Shown one piece after another: positions 1-9,598 of a DNA stretch of 35,431 bases. This stretch comes from Myxococcota bacterium. GTDB lineage: Bacteria; Myxococcota; JACRCW01. The stretch spans positions 1 to 35,431 of the forward strand of contig JBFMGU010000104.1 in NCBI GenBank assembly GCA_040752415.1. Direction: 5' to 3'. The position numbers were made by a program, and so were the translations under genes. How positions within the stretch are numbered: position 1 is the first letter of the stretch; the number at the start of each line of letters is the position of its first letter. The notes below the pieces were generated by a model. The model ran no database searches and was not told the origin of the DNA. It was given only the letters and a program-made list of their open reading frames with translations.

Positions 1-295
1 GCGTCTGGCCGGGGAGGATGGGGCCGCTGGGCTGCGGAGCGGGCTTCGCCGTTCCGGGCGGAGGCGTCTGGCCGGGTAGCACCGGCGCGCCCTTGGGCGG
101 CGGAGGCTTGGTGGCGGTGGGAGGAGGCGGATTGCTCGGCGGCAGCGGCGGAGGGGTCTGCCCCGGCGGCGGCGTCTGCCCCGGCGGCGGATTGGCCGGC
201 GGAGCGCCCTGTGCCAGGGCCACTGCGCCAGAGAGGGACAGCACCAGACTCCACACGACGCGACGTGTACCGACGCCCGCCATCTTTGACTCCAT
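1..295 (-). CDS. Pro-rich exported protein, N-terminal part only (runs off window start)
   Basis: Not in ORF track; manual translation from ATG 295 (alt. 283): MESKMAGVGTRRVVWSLVLSLSGAVALAQGAPPANPPPGQTPPPGQTPPPLPP... signal-peptide-like A-L-A cleavage site followed by PGQT-containing Pro-rich repeats; no stop before position 1. Confidence 0.75.
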   Translation of the reverse strand, partial: MESKMAGVGTRRVVWSLVLSLSGAVALAQGAPPANPPPGQTPPPGQTPPPLPPSNPPPPTATKPPPPKGAPVLPGQTPPPGTAKPAPQPSGPILPGQT

Positions 296-409
296 ACGTT
301 TGCAGGGAAGCCCACCCCGGGGTGCTGCAACGCGACGCCCGCGCTCTAGCCCGCGAATGCCGTGCCCTTCAAGGCCGATCCGACATTTGTTGGCCCCGCG
401 TGGCGTCCG

Positions 410-1492
410 TCACAACGGGTCCACGCCGTGACCCGCGGTGACCGGGTGCAGGTCCAGGGCTGGCCCCCGCTCCAGGAAACCCCCGCGCAACGGCGCGTCC
501 ACCATCCAGCGCGGCGTGTCCAGGTCCACGAACGAGAACCCGCCCATCCCCGCCGCCAGGCACGCGCTCGTGGTCATGGCCAGCTGCGTCTCCACCATGC
601 CGCCGATCATCAGGCCCAGCCCGTGCGCGCGCGCCACCGTGATGAGCTCCAGCGCGTCCACCAGGCCGGACTTCATGATCTTGATGTTGACCACGTTGGC
701 CGCCTTCTCGGCGACGACCCGGTGCAGGTCGGCCAGGGAGCCCACGCTCTCGTCGGCGGCCACTGGCACACCGGCGCGCTCGGTGACCTCCCGCATGCCG
801 CGCAGGTCGTTGCGGGCCAGCGGCTGCTCGAACAGCACCACGCGACCGCCCGCGCCCCGGATGGCGTCCAGCAGGGCGAAGACCTCCGCGGGGCTCTTCA
901 TGCCGGCGTTGGCGTCCAGCAGCAGGCCGCACTGCGGGGCCGCGGAGAGCACCGCCACCGCGCGCTCCACGTCCTCCTCCAACGGCACGCCGCCCACCTT
1001 GAGCTTGATGACGTGGAACCCCTCGCGCTCAATCCGCGCCGCGGCCCTGCGCGCGTGCTCCACGGTGCCGGTGGTGATGGTCATGTCGGTGACCAGGCCG
1101 GTGGCGGCGCCCCCAAAGAAGACCCACAGCGGGATGCGGTGGTGACGGGTGAGCGCGTCCAGCATGGCCGTCTCCACGGCGCAGCGCGCGCTGGCGGAGC
1201 GGGGCAGCAGCTGCTTGAGCACCGGGGCAATGGAGCGCCACGCGCGCACGTCCAGGCCGTGCAGCTGCGGGATGGCCGCCTCCAGCTCCGCGCGGGCCAA
1301 GGCACGGGTCTCGCCGTTGACGGCGGGGAACGGTGCTGCTTCGCCGTGGCCGCGCGTGCCGTCGTCCAGCGTGAGGGTGACCAGCAGGTTCTCGGCGCGC
1401 GTCTGGGCGCCGGTGGCAATACCAAAGGGCTCGGTGAGCGCCACGTCCAGGTCGGTGAGGGATACGGCTTGGATTCTCGTTGGGTGTCCCAC
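410..1492 (-). CDS. Dipeptide epimerase (L-Ala-D/L-Glu epimerase, enolase superfamily MLE subgroup)
   Basis: PFGIATG, GHGEAAP, KLKVG, DANAG, FEQP, ADES, NIKIMKSG, GGMVET, DLD motifs. Confidence 0.9.
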   Translation of the reverse strand: MGHPTRIQAVSLTDLDVALTEPFGIATGAQTRAENLLVTLTLDDGTRGHGEAAPFPAVNGETRALARAELEAAIPQLHGLDVRAWRSIAPVLKQLLPRSASARCAVETAMLDALTRHHRIPLWVFFGGAATGLVTDMTITTGTVEHARRAAARIEREGFHVIKLKVGGVPLEEDVERAVAVLSAAPQCGLLLDANAGMKSPAEVFALLDAIRGAGGRVVLFEQPLARNDLRGMREVTERAGVPVAADESVGSLADLHRVVAEKAANVVNIKIMKSGLVDALELITVARAHGLGLMIGGMVETQLAMTTSACLAAGMGGFSFVDLDTPRWMVDAPLRGGFLERGPALDLHPVTAGHGVDPL

Positions 1493-1532
1493 GAACCTAC
1501 TCCCGCCCGGATTCCCCGACGTCGCCCGAGGC

Positions 1533-2669
1533 TCAGTACACTTCGATCTCGTTGAGGTGCAGCCAGTTCTTGCCCTGGTGGCTGAGCCGCACGTACCGCG
1601 CCGAATGCGGCTCGAAGCGCGGCTTCCACACCTGGAAGGTCGCCGTGACCTTGCCCAGCGTCTCGAACGTCTTGCCGTCCTCGCTGACCTGCAGGGCCAG
1701 GGGCACCGCGCGCTCCGAGCAGCAGTCGGTGCGGTTGTAGACGTGCACCTCGTGGATGGTGAACACCTCTCCCAGGTCCACCGTGACCCAGTTGAGGTCG
1801 GCGTTGGCGGTGCAGAAGCCCATGATGCTGCGGTCGCCGTCCACCACCTTCCTGGGGTCGGGGAAGCCGGGGTCCGGGTTGAGCTTGCTGGTGGTCACCG
1901 GACGGTTCAGCGCCAGGTTGGTGCCCGGCGCCGGTCCGCGCGTGAGCAGCGCCAGGGAAGGAGACGCGAGCAACGCCGCCGTCAGCAGGAAGCGCCAGGC
2001 CCGACGGAGGCGCACCAGGCGCGGTCGCAGCGAGGCGGCCTCCAGCGGGTCCAGGAGCACGCCCACCAGGCCGTGCAGCGCCAGCGCCTGCTCCGCCGCC
2101 TGACGCGAGCCCAACGCCGCGTCGTTGCCCTGCTCCACGACGTCAAACGCCCCCCGCGCCAGCCGCAGCGCCGCCGCGCCCTGCTCCCGCATGCCCCGCT
2201 GCACCTGCGGCATCCGCTCCAACAACGAGAACACCGTGGGCACCGCCCAGATGGCGGGCAGTGGTTGCGCGGCGTGCTGCAGGCGTGCCCGCAGGGCCCA
2301 CAGCACGGCGTCGCGCAGCAGCGCCAACTCCTGCATGCGCCGCGTCGACGTCGTCGCCGGCCCCTGCGCGCCCAGCTGCGTGGCGGCGTTCCAGGCGTCC
2401 TTGGCGGCGCGGTATTCCTGCCACCCGGGTGCGTCGGGGCCAAAGGCCGGGCGACGGGGCGGCGTGAGCTCGTCGTGGAAGAGGTAGAGGCGGCGCAGGA
2501 AGCGGACCAGCGCACCGTCACCCGCGGGCGGAGGCGGCACGGGGCGCACCGGCGGCTTGCCGCGCGGCGGAGGCGCACCGGTGACCGACACCGCGGCTCC
2601 CGGCTCAACCTCCGACCGCCCATCCATCTCCACCACCTGCGCGTGCTGCGTCGTCATCCCGTCACTCAA
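1533..2669 (-). CDS. Membrane-anchored F5/8 type C / F-type lectin-like domain protein
   Basis: Helical N-region, one TM segment after RRAWR, C-terminal NLALNRPVTTS...WVTVDLG...VYNRTDCCSER...ARYVRL...LHLNEIEVY; start uncertain (TTG 2669 or ATG 2657). Confidence 0.85.
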   Translation of the reverse strand: MSDGMTTQHAQVVEMDGRSEVEPGAAVSVTGAPPPRGKPPVRPVPPPPAGDGALVRFLRRLYLFHDELTPPRRPAFGPDAPGWQEYRAAKDAWNAATQLGAQGPATTSTRRMQELALLRDAVLWALRARLQHAAQPLPAIWAVPTVFSLLERMPQVQRGMREQGAAALRLARGAFDVVEQGNDAALGSRQAAEQALALHGLVGVLLDPLEAASLRPRLVRLRRAWRFLLTAALLASPSLALLTRGPAPGTNLALNRPVTTSKLNPDPGFPDPRKVVDGDRSIMGFCTANADLNWVTVDLGEVFTIHEVHVYNRTDCCSERAVPLALQVSEDGKTFETLGKVTATFQVWKPRFEPHSARYVRLSHQGKNWLHLNEIEVY

Positions 2670-3583
2670 TACACTTCAACTTCGTTGAGATGGAGGTGAT
2701 TTCTTCCCAGCAGGCGGAGTCGGACGTGGCGGGCCCGCACGGGCTCGAAGCGGTGCTTCCACACGTCAAAGACGTCCTGCCGCTTGGCCACCTCCCGCCA
2801 GCTCCGGCCGTCCTCGCTCACTTCCACCGCCAACGGGATGGCGCGCTCGGAGCAGCAGTCGGACCGATTGTAGACGTGGACCTCGCGCACCGACTGCACC
2901 GCACCCAGGTCGACCTGGACCCACGGCCGGTCCTCGTTGTTGGTGCAGAAGCCCATGACGTCGAGAACACCGTCCACCACCCCCGCGCGACCCGGGTGCG
3001 GCGGGAACTCGCTGCTGGTGGTCACTGGCCGGCCCCGCGCCAGGTTGGGCCCCCGACCCACGCGCGGCGCCTGCGAGATGGCCACCGTCACCACGACGGA
3101 GATCGCCGCCAGCCAGCGCAGTCTCCGTCGGAGCCTCAGGCCGCGCGGGCGCAACAACGTCTGCTGCAAGGGCGCCAGCATGGAGGTTGCGAAAGCGTGC
3201 AGCAGGGCGAGCTGCGCCGCGCGTTCCTCGTCGGTGGGGGCGGGGTGCTGCAGGGCGGCACGGACCGCGCGCAGGTCGCCCGGGGCGTCCGGGAAATGCT
3301 GCTCCAGCTCCGCCAGCAGCTGCTCCATCCCCACACCCGACGACGTCACCCGGCCATGCCACGCCAGTCGCGCGCGCGCCGCGGTTCGGGTGCCGGCGTG
3401 CACCAGCAGCAGCGCTTCCGCCACGCCAGAGGCGGGATGGAGGGCGCTTCGCGGGTGGAGTCCCAGGAGGGCCGCGGCGGAGAGCGTGCCCTGCGCCTCA
3501 CGCATCAGGTCCTCCCACGACCACGCCATCTCCGCCGGTGCGGGTTGTGCTGCGGGAGCAGAAGGCTGGATGGACACGTCCAT
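2666..3583 (-). CDS. Membrane-anchored F5/8 type C / F-type lectin-like domain protein (paralog of neighbour)
   Basis: TM segment then NLARGRPVTTSS...WVQVDLG...VYNRSDCCSER...LHLNEVEVY; abuts/overlaps the downstream paralog. Confidence 0.85.
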   Translation of the reverse strand: MDVSIQPSAPAAQPAPAEMAWSWEDLMREAQGTLSAAALLGLHPRSALHPASGVAEALLLVHAGTRTAARARLAWHGRVTSSGVGMEQLLAELEQHFPDAPGDLRAVRAALQHPAPTDEERAAQLALLHAFATSMLAPLQQTLLRPRGLRLRRRLRWLAAISVVVTVAISQAPRVGRGPNLARGRPVTTSSEFPPHPGRAGVVDGVLDVMGFCTNNEDRPWVQVDLGAVQSVREVHVYNRSDCCSERAIPLAVEVSEDGRSWREVAKRQDVFDVWKHRFEPVRARHVRLRLLGRNHLHLNEVEVY

Positions 3584-3595
3584 GGTGGTCCCCCT

Positions 3596-5170
3596 TCACA
3601 CCTGCGTGCTGGTCACATCCTGCGCGTTGGCGGGAAGCGGCTCCGGCGAGCCATCCTGTGCGGGCGGCGCCACCACGGGCGCTTCCGACGCCACCACCGG
3701 CTCCGCCGACGTCAGCGGCAGCACCACGCGCGGAATCTCCGGCATCACCAACGCCTGACGCGCCGGGTGCAGCCGCCACCACAGCCACACCGCGCCCGCG
3801 CCCCACAGGCCCAGGTAGCAGAAGAACGCCGTGAGCCGCTCCCAGCCGAAGAAGAAGGTGAACGCGTTGCGCATGGGTCCTGGGCCGTTGCCCAGCAGCG
3901 TGGGGAAGACCACCTTGCGGAACGGGTCGGGGATGTTGTCGGCGGCCAGCGAGTTGCTGAGGCACGCCGCCAGCATCAGCACCGCGGAGAGCAGACCCAG
4001 CGCGCTGAAAACGCCCGGCGCCACCCGCACCGCCGGCACCAACAGCAGCACCGCGAAGGGAAGCGCGTTGGTGAGGTAGCGCGGGCCAATGCAATAGCCA
4101 CCTTCCGCCCACGGCGAGGCGCTGGTGATGGCCAGGTAGGTCACCACGCCCAGCGCCGCGGTGATGAGGTCGGAGCGCACCTGCCGTTCCTTGCGCAGAT
4201 TCTCCAGGCCCAGGAGCACCAACGCAAACACCGGCGTGGCGTAGAGGATCCCGCGGAAGGGCTGCACGGTGAGGTCCACCAGGCGCTGCAGGCTGGGGAG
4301 CTCCCACGCCGGCACCGCGGCCAGCACCGGCGCCAGCACCTTCTTGCTGTAGGGGTGGATGAAGATGCTGTCGAAGCAGGCCCAGTTGTAGAGCAGGAGC
4401 AGCGCCGCCGGGCCCGCGCCGGCCAGCGCCCAGATGCCCAGCACCCGCAGGCTCAGCCGCGTGCGCCACATCAGCCACAACGTCCACAGCAGCACCGCCA
4501 CGGCGATGAAGAAGTCCGCGCTCACCGCCACGCCCATGGCCACGCCCGCCAGGTACAGCCGGCTGGTGCGCGGGCGCGTGGGGTTGTCCTCCAGCTCCAG
4601 TGCGCTGAGGCACATGCCAATGGTGAAGAACGCCGCCGCGGTCTGGTGACCAAAGAACATCACCGAATACGGAAACGCCAGGCTGCCGAAGGCCCACGCG
4701 CCACACACCGCGAACGACCAGCCCGGCGTCAGCCCGTAACGTCGCTGCAGCAGGCGCCACAGCAGCGCAATGGCAAACAGCGTGGGAATGATGGAGGCCA
4801 CCGCGTTGGAGATGTACTCCGCGGTGTCGCGGCTCATGCCGGAATCCGGGTTCCAGCCCAGCGCGCGCGTGATGCGGTACTGCAGCCAGTAGAACGGAAT
4901 GGCCATGAACGCCGGGCCGGGCGCTTTGTTGGAGTAGTGATGCCCGTTGTAGACCGCCAGGTCACCGGTCACGTTGCGCTTGGCAATCTCGTCGACGGTG
5001 AGCGTGCCGTGCTCCACCACGGAGAACACCACTGACATGCGCGACCACATGTTCCACGCCGAGAGCCCCGCGGTGATGGTCAGGTAGGTGAACGCCACCA
5101 GCGTCAGGAAGCCCGCCAATTCCAGGCGGTGCCGGCGCGCCGGCGCGGAGGGAATCACCTGCGGTTGCAT
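3596..5170 (-). CDS. Polytopic membrane protein, putative GT-C fold glycosyltransferase
   Basis: More than 10 hydrophobic segments; first external loop with GDLAVYNGHHYSNKAPG; late W-x-x-G...GPRYL motif; located in a sugar-nucleotide cluster. Confidence 0.65.
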   Translation of the reverse strand: MQPQVIPSAPARRHRLELAGFLTLVAFTYLTITAGLSAWNMWSRMSVVFSVVEHGTLTVDEIAKRNVTGDLAVYNGHHYSNKAPGPAFMAIPFYWLQYRITRALGWNPDSGMSRDTAEYISNAVASIIPTLFAIALLWRLLQRRYGLTPGWSFAVCGAWAFGSLAFPYSVMFFGHQTAAAFFTIGMCLSALELEDNPTRPRTSRLYLAGVAMGVAVSADFFIAVAVLLWTLWLMWRTRLSLRVLGIWALAGAGPAALLLLYNWACFDSIFIHPYSKKVLAPVLAAVPAWELPSLQRLVDLTVQPFRGILYATPVFALVLLGLENLRKERQVRSDLITAALGVVTYLAITSASPWAEGGYCIGPRYLTNALPFAVLLLVPAVRVAPGVFSALGLLSAVLMLAACLSNSLAADNIPDPFRKVVFPTLLGNGPGPMRNAFTFFFGWERLTAFFCYLGLWGAGAVWLWWRLHPARQALVMPEIPRVVLPLTSAEPVVASEAPVVAPPAQDGSPEPLPANAQDVTSTQV

Positions 5171-5207
5171 GGCGTGACTCGTGGGTGGCTCTTCCGTCGG
5201 GATGGCG

Positions 5208-5816
5208 TCAACGCGGGTGGTTCCGCGCCTCCTCCGACCAGGTCATGGCGAGGAACTGCGTGATGAGGTGCATGGTGGCCTGGTGCATGTCCTCGGCAAT
5301 GCCGTAGTTCTCGATGGGGATGTGCAGCACGTGGTCGGCCAGCTCCTTGAGCGCGCCACCCTTGAAGCCCACGAACGCCACCGTGGTCAGCCCGCGCGCC
5401 TTGGCCTTCTTGCACGCATTCACCACGTTGGGGCTGTTGCCGCTGGAGCTGATGAGCAGCACCACGTCGCCGGGGCGCGCGTAGTAGTCCACCTGCTTCT
5501 CGAACACGCTGTCAAAGCCGATGTCATTGCCCAGCGCGGTGACCATGGAGCCGTTGGCCGAGAGGCTGCGGCTCATCAGCACCGGGTGGCCGGCCACGCA
5601 GGTGCCCTTGGTGGCGTCGCACTCCAGGTGGTTGGCAATGGCCGCGCTGCCACCGTTCCCCGCCACCAGCACCTGGTTGCCGCGCGCCCGTGCGTCGGCG
5701 AGCACCTGGGTGATCTTCGCCATGGACTCCACGTCCCAGGAACGGACCATGGCGATGAAACGCTCCTGGTAGTTCTTGGCGAATTCCAGGAAGGCCTGCT
5801 GCATGCTGCTCATCAC
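5208..5816 (-). CDS. gmhA: Sedoheptulose-7-phosphate isomerase (SIS domain)
   Basis: GNGGSAA, TALGNDIGFDSVFEKQV, ISSSGNSPNV, GFKGG, YGIAEDMH motifs; start overlaps the GT2 stop. Confidence 0.85.
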   Translation of the reverse strand: MMSSMQQAFLEFAKNYQERFIAMVRSWDVESMAKITQVLADARARGNQVLVAGNGGSAAIANHLECDATKGTCVAGHPVLMSRSLSANGSMVTALGNDIGFDSVFEKQVDYYARPGDVVLLISSSGNSPNVVNACKKAKARGLTTVAFVGFKGGALKELADHVLHIPIENYGIAEDMHQATMHLITQFLAMTWSEEARNHPR

Positions 5817-6631
5817 TGCACCGGGTCGCGCTTGGGCACGGGGGTCTGCACGGGGCTCTGCGGCGACGTGGGAGCGTGGACGTCACGCACCGCCGCCGCG
5901 GTGTCCGCGCCGGCAAAGCGCTTGGGCTTGGGACGGAGCATGGCCTTGAACTGCCGCTCCACGCCCAGCTTCATCAGCGCCAGCCAGGTCAGGTTCTCCA
6001 CGCCCACGCGCCACGGCGCCAGCTTGGTCTCGCCCAGACGCTCGGCGTAGCGGATGTGGTACTCGCAGTAGCGCGGGCCCAGCGCCTCCATGGCGCGCAG
6101 CTTGATCTCCTCGGAGAAGTTCCAGCTGTCGCTGACCAGGTCCAGCTGCACCCACGCCTCCCGACGCATGGCCCACATGCCGCTGAGCACGTCCTCGATG
6201 TCGCGCATCCACAGCGCGCTGGCGGCCAGGCTGATGACCTTGTTCCCGAACTTGTTCCGGGGGCGCATGCTGCCGCTGTCCTCCAGCGGGAAGCGGGAGC
6301 AGGACACGAACAGCATGTCCTTCTGCAGCATGTACGTGAGGATGTCGGGGAGCGCGCCCAGCGGGTAGGTCCCGTCGCCATCCGCGCTGACCAGGATGTC
6401 CCCCTTGGCGGCGTTGAAGCCGGTCTTGAAGGCCCTGCCGTAGCCGCGACGCGTCTCGGTGATGACGCGGGCGCCGTTGGCGCGGGCAATGTCCGCGGTG
6501 CCATCCGACGACAACGCGTCCACCACCACCACCTCATCCACCAGCGAGGGCACGGTGCGCAGGGTGTAGGCAATCCCCTTGGCTTCGTTCCAGGTGGGGA
6601 TGATCACGGAGACGGAAAGGCCTTCAAACAT
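5813..6631 (-). CDS. GT2 glycosyltransferase, polyprenol/dolichol-phosphate sugar synthase-like
   Basis: VIIPTWNEA, VVVDALSSDGT, RRGYG, DGDGTYP, SRF, DVLSGM, YAERLGETKL. Confidence 0.88.
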   Translation of the reverse strand: MFEGLSVSVIIPTWNEAKGIAYTLRTVPSLVDEVVVVDALSSDGTADIARANGARVITETRRGYGRAFKTGFNAAKGDILVSADGDGTYPLGALPDILTYMLQKDMLFVSCSRFPLEDSGSMRPRNKFGNKVISLAASALWMRDIEDVLSGMWAMRREAWVQLDLVSDSWNFSEEIKLRAMEALGPRYCEYHIRYAERLGETKLAPWRVGVENLTWLALMKLGVERQFKAMLRPKPKRFAGADTAAAVRDVHAPTSPQSPVQTPVPKRDPVQ

Positions 6632-6697
6632 CGGGAGTTCCCCCGGGTCCTAGGGTTCACTGGAGGCGCGCAGCCATCCCACACGCCCACGAGCATT

Positions 6698-7351
6698 TCA
6701 AGCGTTGGCGCCGGAGACGGGCGGCACCGGATCGAGCGGCTCCAGGCGCGCCACGAACTGCAGCTCGGACGGCGCCAGGATGGACCAGGGCAGGTGGTGG
6801 ATCTTGAAGGGCCACTCCAGGGCGGCAATGCGTGCGCGCGCCTGGTCCACCATCTGCGTCCACTGGCTGGGCGTGAAGTACGTCCCGCGCACGTGCACCG
6901 AGGCCGACGCGTTGCCGGCCATGTCCAGCACCAGCAGCAGCTTCTCGCTCACCGGGCCAAAGGCGAAGTGGTCCTTCACCACCACGCAGCGACGCGCCAC
7001 GCGCACGCACTCGCCCAGCAGGCGGCCGGGGTTGCCGGCGTGGTGGAGCACGTCGGAGATGGTGACGGCGTCAAAGGTCTTGTCGGGGAAGGGCAGGTTC
7101 TCGCCGTCGAACGGGGTGATGGGGATGAACTGGTCGGGGCGGATCTGGATTTCCACGCCGCGCACGTCGGTGGCGCCCACCAGCTCTCCCAGCATGCGGG
7201 CGGTGGAGCCGTCACCGCAGCCCACGTCGAGAATGGATTGCGCCTGGCCGATCTGGCGGGCCAATCCCTGGGCCACGCGCTGGTTTCGCGGCTCATAGAC
7301 CTGGGAGCGGTGCACCGAGAAGATGGCCTGCTTGAGCAGATTCGCAACCAT
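6698..7351 (-). CDS. Class I SAM-dependent methyltransferase
   Basis: ILDVGCGDG, LPFPDKTFDAV, DVLHH; start moved to ATG 7351, preceded by GGAGG. Confidence 0.88.
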   Translation of the reverse strand: MVANLLKQAIFSVHRSQVYEPRNQRVAQGLARQIGQAQSILDVGCGDGSTARMLGELVGATDVRGVEIQIRPDQFIPITPFDGENLPFPDKTFDAVTISDVLHHAGNPGRLLGECVRVARRCVVVKDHFAFGPVSEKLLLVLDMAGNASASVHVRGTYFTPSQWTQMVDQARARIAALEWPFKIHHLPWSILAPSELQFVARLEPLDPVPPVSGANA

Positions 7352-7711
7352 GGGGACCTCCATGCGGGGCCGCCCGCCTAGCACACCACCCGCAGCGGGG
7401 CGACCCCTCCCGCATCCCAGGTGACGCCATCAAGCCTGGCAGAAACCGAACGGCCTGCTCTGCGTCCAGCTCGAGCACGGAGGGGTTCCCATCACATGGT
7501 GTCGGCCCGCACCCCGGAGCGCTCCGGGGTCGAGCTACCGCGGCCCCTCTGCCCCTGGCCGCGAAGGGACAGTCCATGTCGTGTGGCCTTCGTGTTGTCT
7601 CGAACCTTTCCGCACAAGGGCGAAGGGATGAAGCGCCCGGACGTATGGGCTGCACAGGTTTGCTCGCCCATGAGCCCCCCGATAGTGTCGCGACTCACCG
7701 GGAGGGCCGAA

Positions 7712-8584
7712 ATGAACACGACGTTTCACTTCGCCATGGTATCCGCGGCCCTGACGCTCCTGCCATCTTGCCCCGTCGGACATCCTCTCCCGATTGGTGA
7801 ATCCGAGGGAAGCAATGTCCGCCGGCGGGAATCGCCATCCTCCAGCACCAACACGAGCAGCTCCGGTGGAGCGTCGTCTTCGTCGTCGTCCGCGTCGGTT
7901 TCGACGTCTTACACCTCGACATCTTCGTCTTCGTCTTCGTCTTCAGGAGGCACCTCCTCTTCGGAGGTGGGCCCCCAAGGATGCGCAGACGGCGAGCGCG
8001 AGATGTTTCGAAGCATCAGTTTCTATCCGCGTATTGCGGGTTGTGGCGGCGGCTTCCAGGTCCCGGGGATCCACGACGAGGCAGCCCCCACCTGCGGCCG
8101 CGAGGCAGGCGATGATGGGACCCGCCCCGACGGGGAGGGATGCAGCGCGGGTGACCTCTGCGCCGAAGGGTGGCACGTGTGTCGCAGCGAGAACGAAGTC
8201 GCCCAGATCATCGGCAGCGCCTGCCGTGGCGCGACGGACGCCGAAGGCGCGGTCTTCTACGCGACCAGGCAAAGCGGCACCGGGTGTGGCAACTGCGCCA
8301 TGGGTACAGACTCGACCTGTAGTCGACCTGATGACTGTCGGCGCGGTTGTGCGGACACCGCCGTGACGACGAACGACGTCTTCGGCTGCGGCACCCTGGG
8401 TGCGCAACCCACGCCAACCCAGTGTGGGGTGCTCAACCGCTCCTGCGACGACCTCTGCTCTGGTCTCGTGTGGCCATGGCAGTGCAGCGGCCAGGCTGGC
8501 GAACCGACTCCCGAGGACCGCGAGTCCCTCATCATCGTGAAACCAGGGCCCGAGGCCGGCGGCGTGCTGTGTTGCCGGGATTGA
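7712..8584 (+). CDS. Cys-rich putative lipoprotein with Ser-rich linker
   Basis: GGAGG at 7701, ATG 7712; hydrophobic leader ending LLPSC; poly-Ser linker; Cys-rich domain GCADGERE...GGVLCCRD. Confidence 0.75.
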   Translation: MNTTFHFAMVSAALTLLPSCPVGHPLPIGESEGSNVRRRESPSSSTNTSSSGGASSSSSSASVSTSYTSTSSSSSSSSGGTSSSEVGPQGCADGEREMFRSISFYPRIAGCGGGFQVPGIHDEAAPTCGREAGDDGTRPDGEGCSAGDLCAEGWHVCRSENEVAQIIGSACRGATDAEGAVFYATRQSGTGCGNCAMGTDSTCSRPDDCRRGCADTAVTTNDVFGCGTLGAQPTPTQCGVLNRSCDDLCSGLVWPWQCSGQAGEPTPEDRESLIIVKPGPEAGGVLCCRD

Positions 8585-8608
8585 CGTGACGTTGACACGC
8601 AGGTGGTG

Positions 8609-9598
8609 TCACATGTCCTCGGACATATAGACCACCTTCGCGCCACCGCGATCCAGCCTCAGCGGCAACTCCTGCTGCGCATTGAGCGCCTCACGGATGG
8701 CCGGCTGAACCTCGGGCGCCGCCGCCACGAGGAGGAACCCGCCGCCGCCCGCCCCCAGCAGCTTCCCGCCCCACGCGCCCGCCTCCATGGCCTTGCGGTA
8801 CATCTCGTCGATGTGGGGGTTGCTGATGCCGCTGGAGATGCTGCGCTTGAGCTCCCACGCCTGGTGCAGCAGCTTCCCGAACGCCGCCACGTTGTCCGCC
8901 TCGAGGAGCCCCTTGGCCTCGTGGGCCATCTCCACCATGCGCTGGACGGTCTTGAACTTCTCGGCGTCCGTCATGAGCGCCTTCTTCTGCTCACTAAGCA
9001 CCTGCGAAGCGCTGCGCTGCTCGCCTGTGTAGAACATGAGCAGGCTCGCCTGCAGCGCGGCGCGCGTGGCCTGGGTGATGACCAGCGGCGCCACGTCGAC
9101 GGTGTCGTCGGGGAAGAAGCGGATGAAGTTCAGGCCGCCGTACGCGCTGGCATACTGGTCCTGCTTCCCAATGGGCGCGCCCAGGTCCTCGATCTCGATC
9201 TCCGACGCGGTCCGGGCCAGGTACTCCACGGTGGCGTGCTTGCCGAGGTACCCGCTCATCAGGTTGAGCAGCCCCACCGTGAACGCGCTGGAGGAACCCA
9301 ACCCGGTCCCCGCCGGCACATCCGCCGTGCTGGTGATCTCGACGCCACCGTTGATACCCATGCGCTCCAGCACTCGCTTGACGATGGGATGCCGGATCTC
9401 CTCGACGGACTTGGCCAGCTCGGAGTGGGAGTACTTGATGTGGATGGACTTCGTGTCGAAATAGGGATGCGCGGAGAGGTACATGTACTTGTCGATGGAC
9501 GTCGACAGCACGGCTCCCGGGCTCTTGCGGTAGAACGCGGCGAGGTCGCTTCCGCCTCCGAAGAAGCTGACGCGGAACGGAGTGCGGGTGATGATCAT
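8609..9598 (-). CDS. hddA: GHMP kinase, D-glycero-alpha-D-manno-heptose-7-phosphate kinase
   Basis: TPFRVSFFGGGSD, PAGTGLGSSS, GKQDQYASAYGG, GGKLLGAGGGGF. Confidence 0.9.
   Translation of the reverse strand: MIITRTPFRVSFFGGGSDLAAFYRKSPGAVLSTSIDKYMYLSAHPYFDTKSIHIKYSHSELAKSVEEIRHPIVKRVLERMGINGGVEITSTADVPAGTGLGSSSAFTVGLLNLMSGYLGKHATVEYLARTASEIEIEDLGAPIGKQDQYASAYGGLNFIRFFPDDTVDVAPLVITQATRAALQASLLMFYTGEQRSASQVLSEQKKALMTDAEKFKTVQRMVEMAHEAKGLLEADNVAAFGKLLHQAWELKRSISSGISNPHIDEMYRKAMEAGAWGGKLLGAGGGGFLLVAAAPEVQPAIREALNAQQELPLRLDRGGAKVVYMSEDM

Noticed and set aside
326..341. Sigma-54 promoter (minus strand CGGGCGTCGCGTTGCA) upstream of the Pro-rich gene
   Set aside because: GG-N10-GC spacing and TTGC fit, but the -24 element matches TGGCACG poorly; likely by chance in GC-rich DNA
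2690..5035. 781-aa plus-strand ORF
   Set aside because: Antisense shadow of the lectin and GT-C genes; Arg/His/Ala-rich with no motifs, typical of high-GC DNA
7421..7711. N-terminal extension of the 387-aa ORF
   Set aside because: Better start at ATG 7712 with GGAGG and a signal-like leader; upstream part looks non-coding
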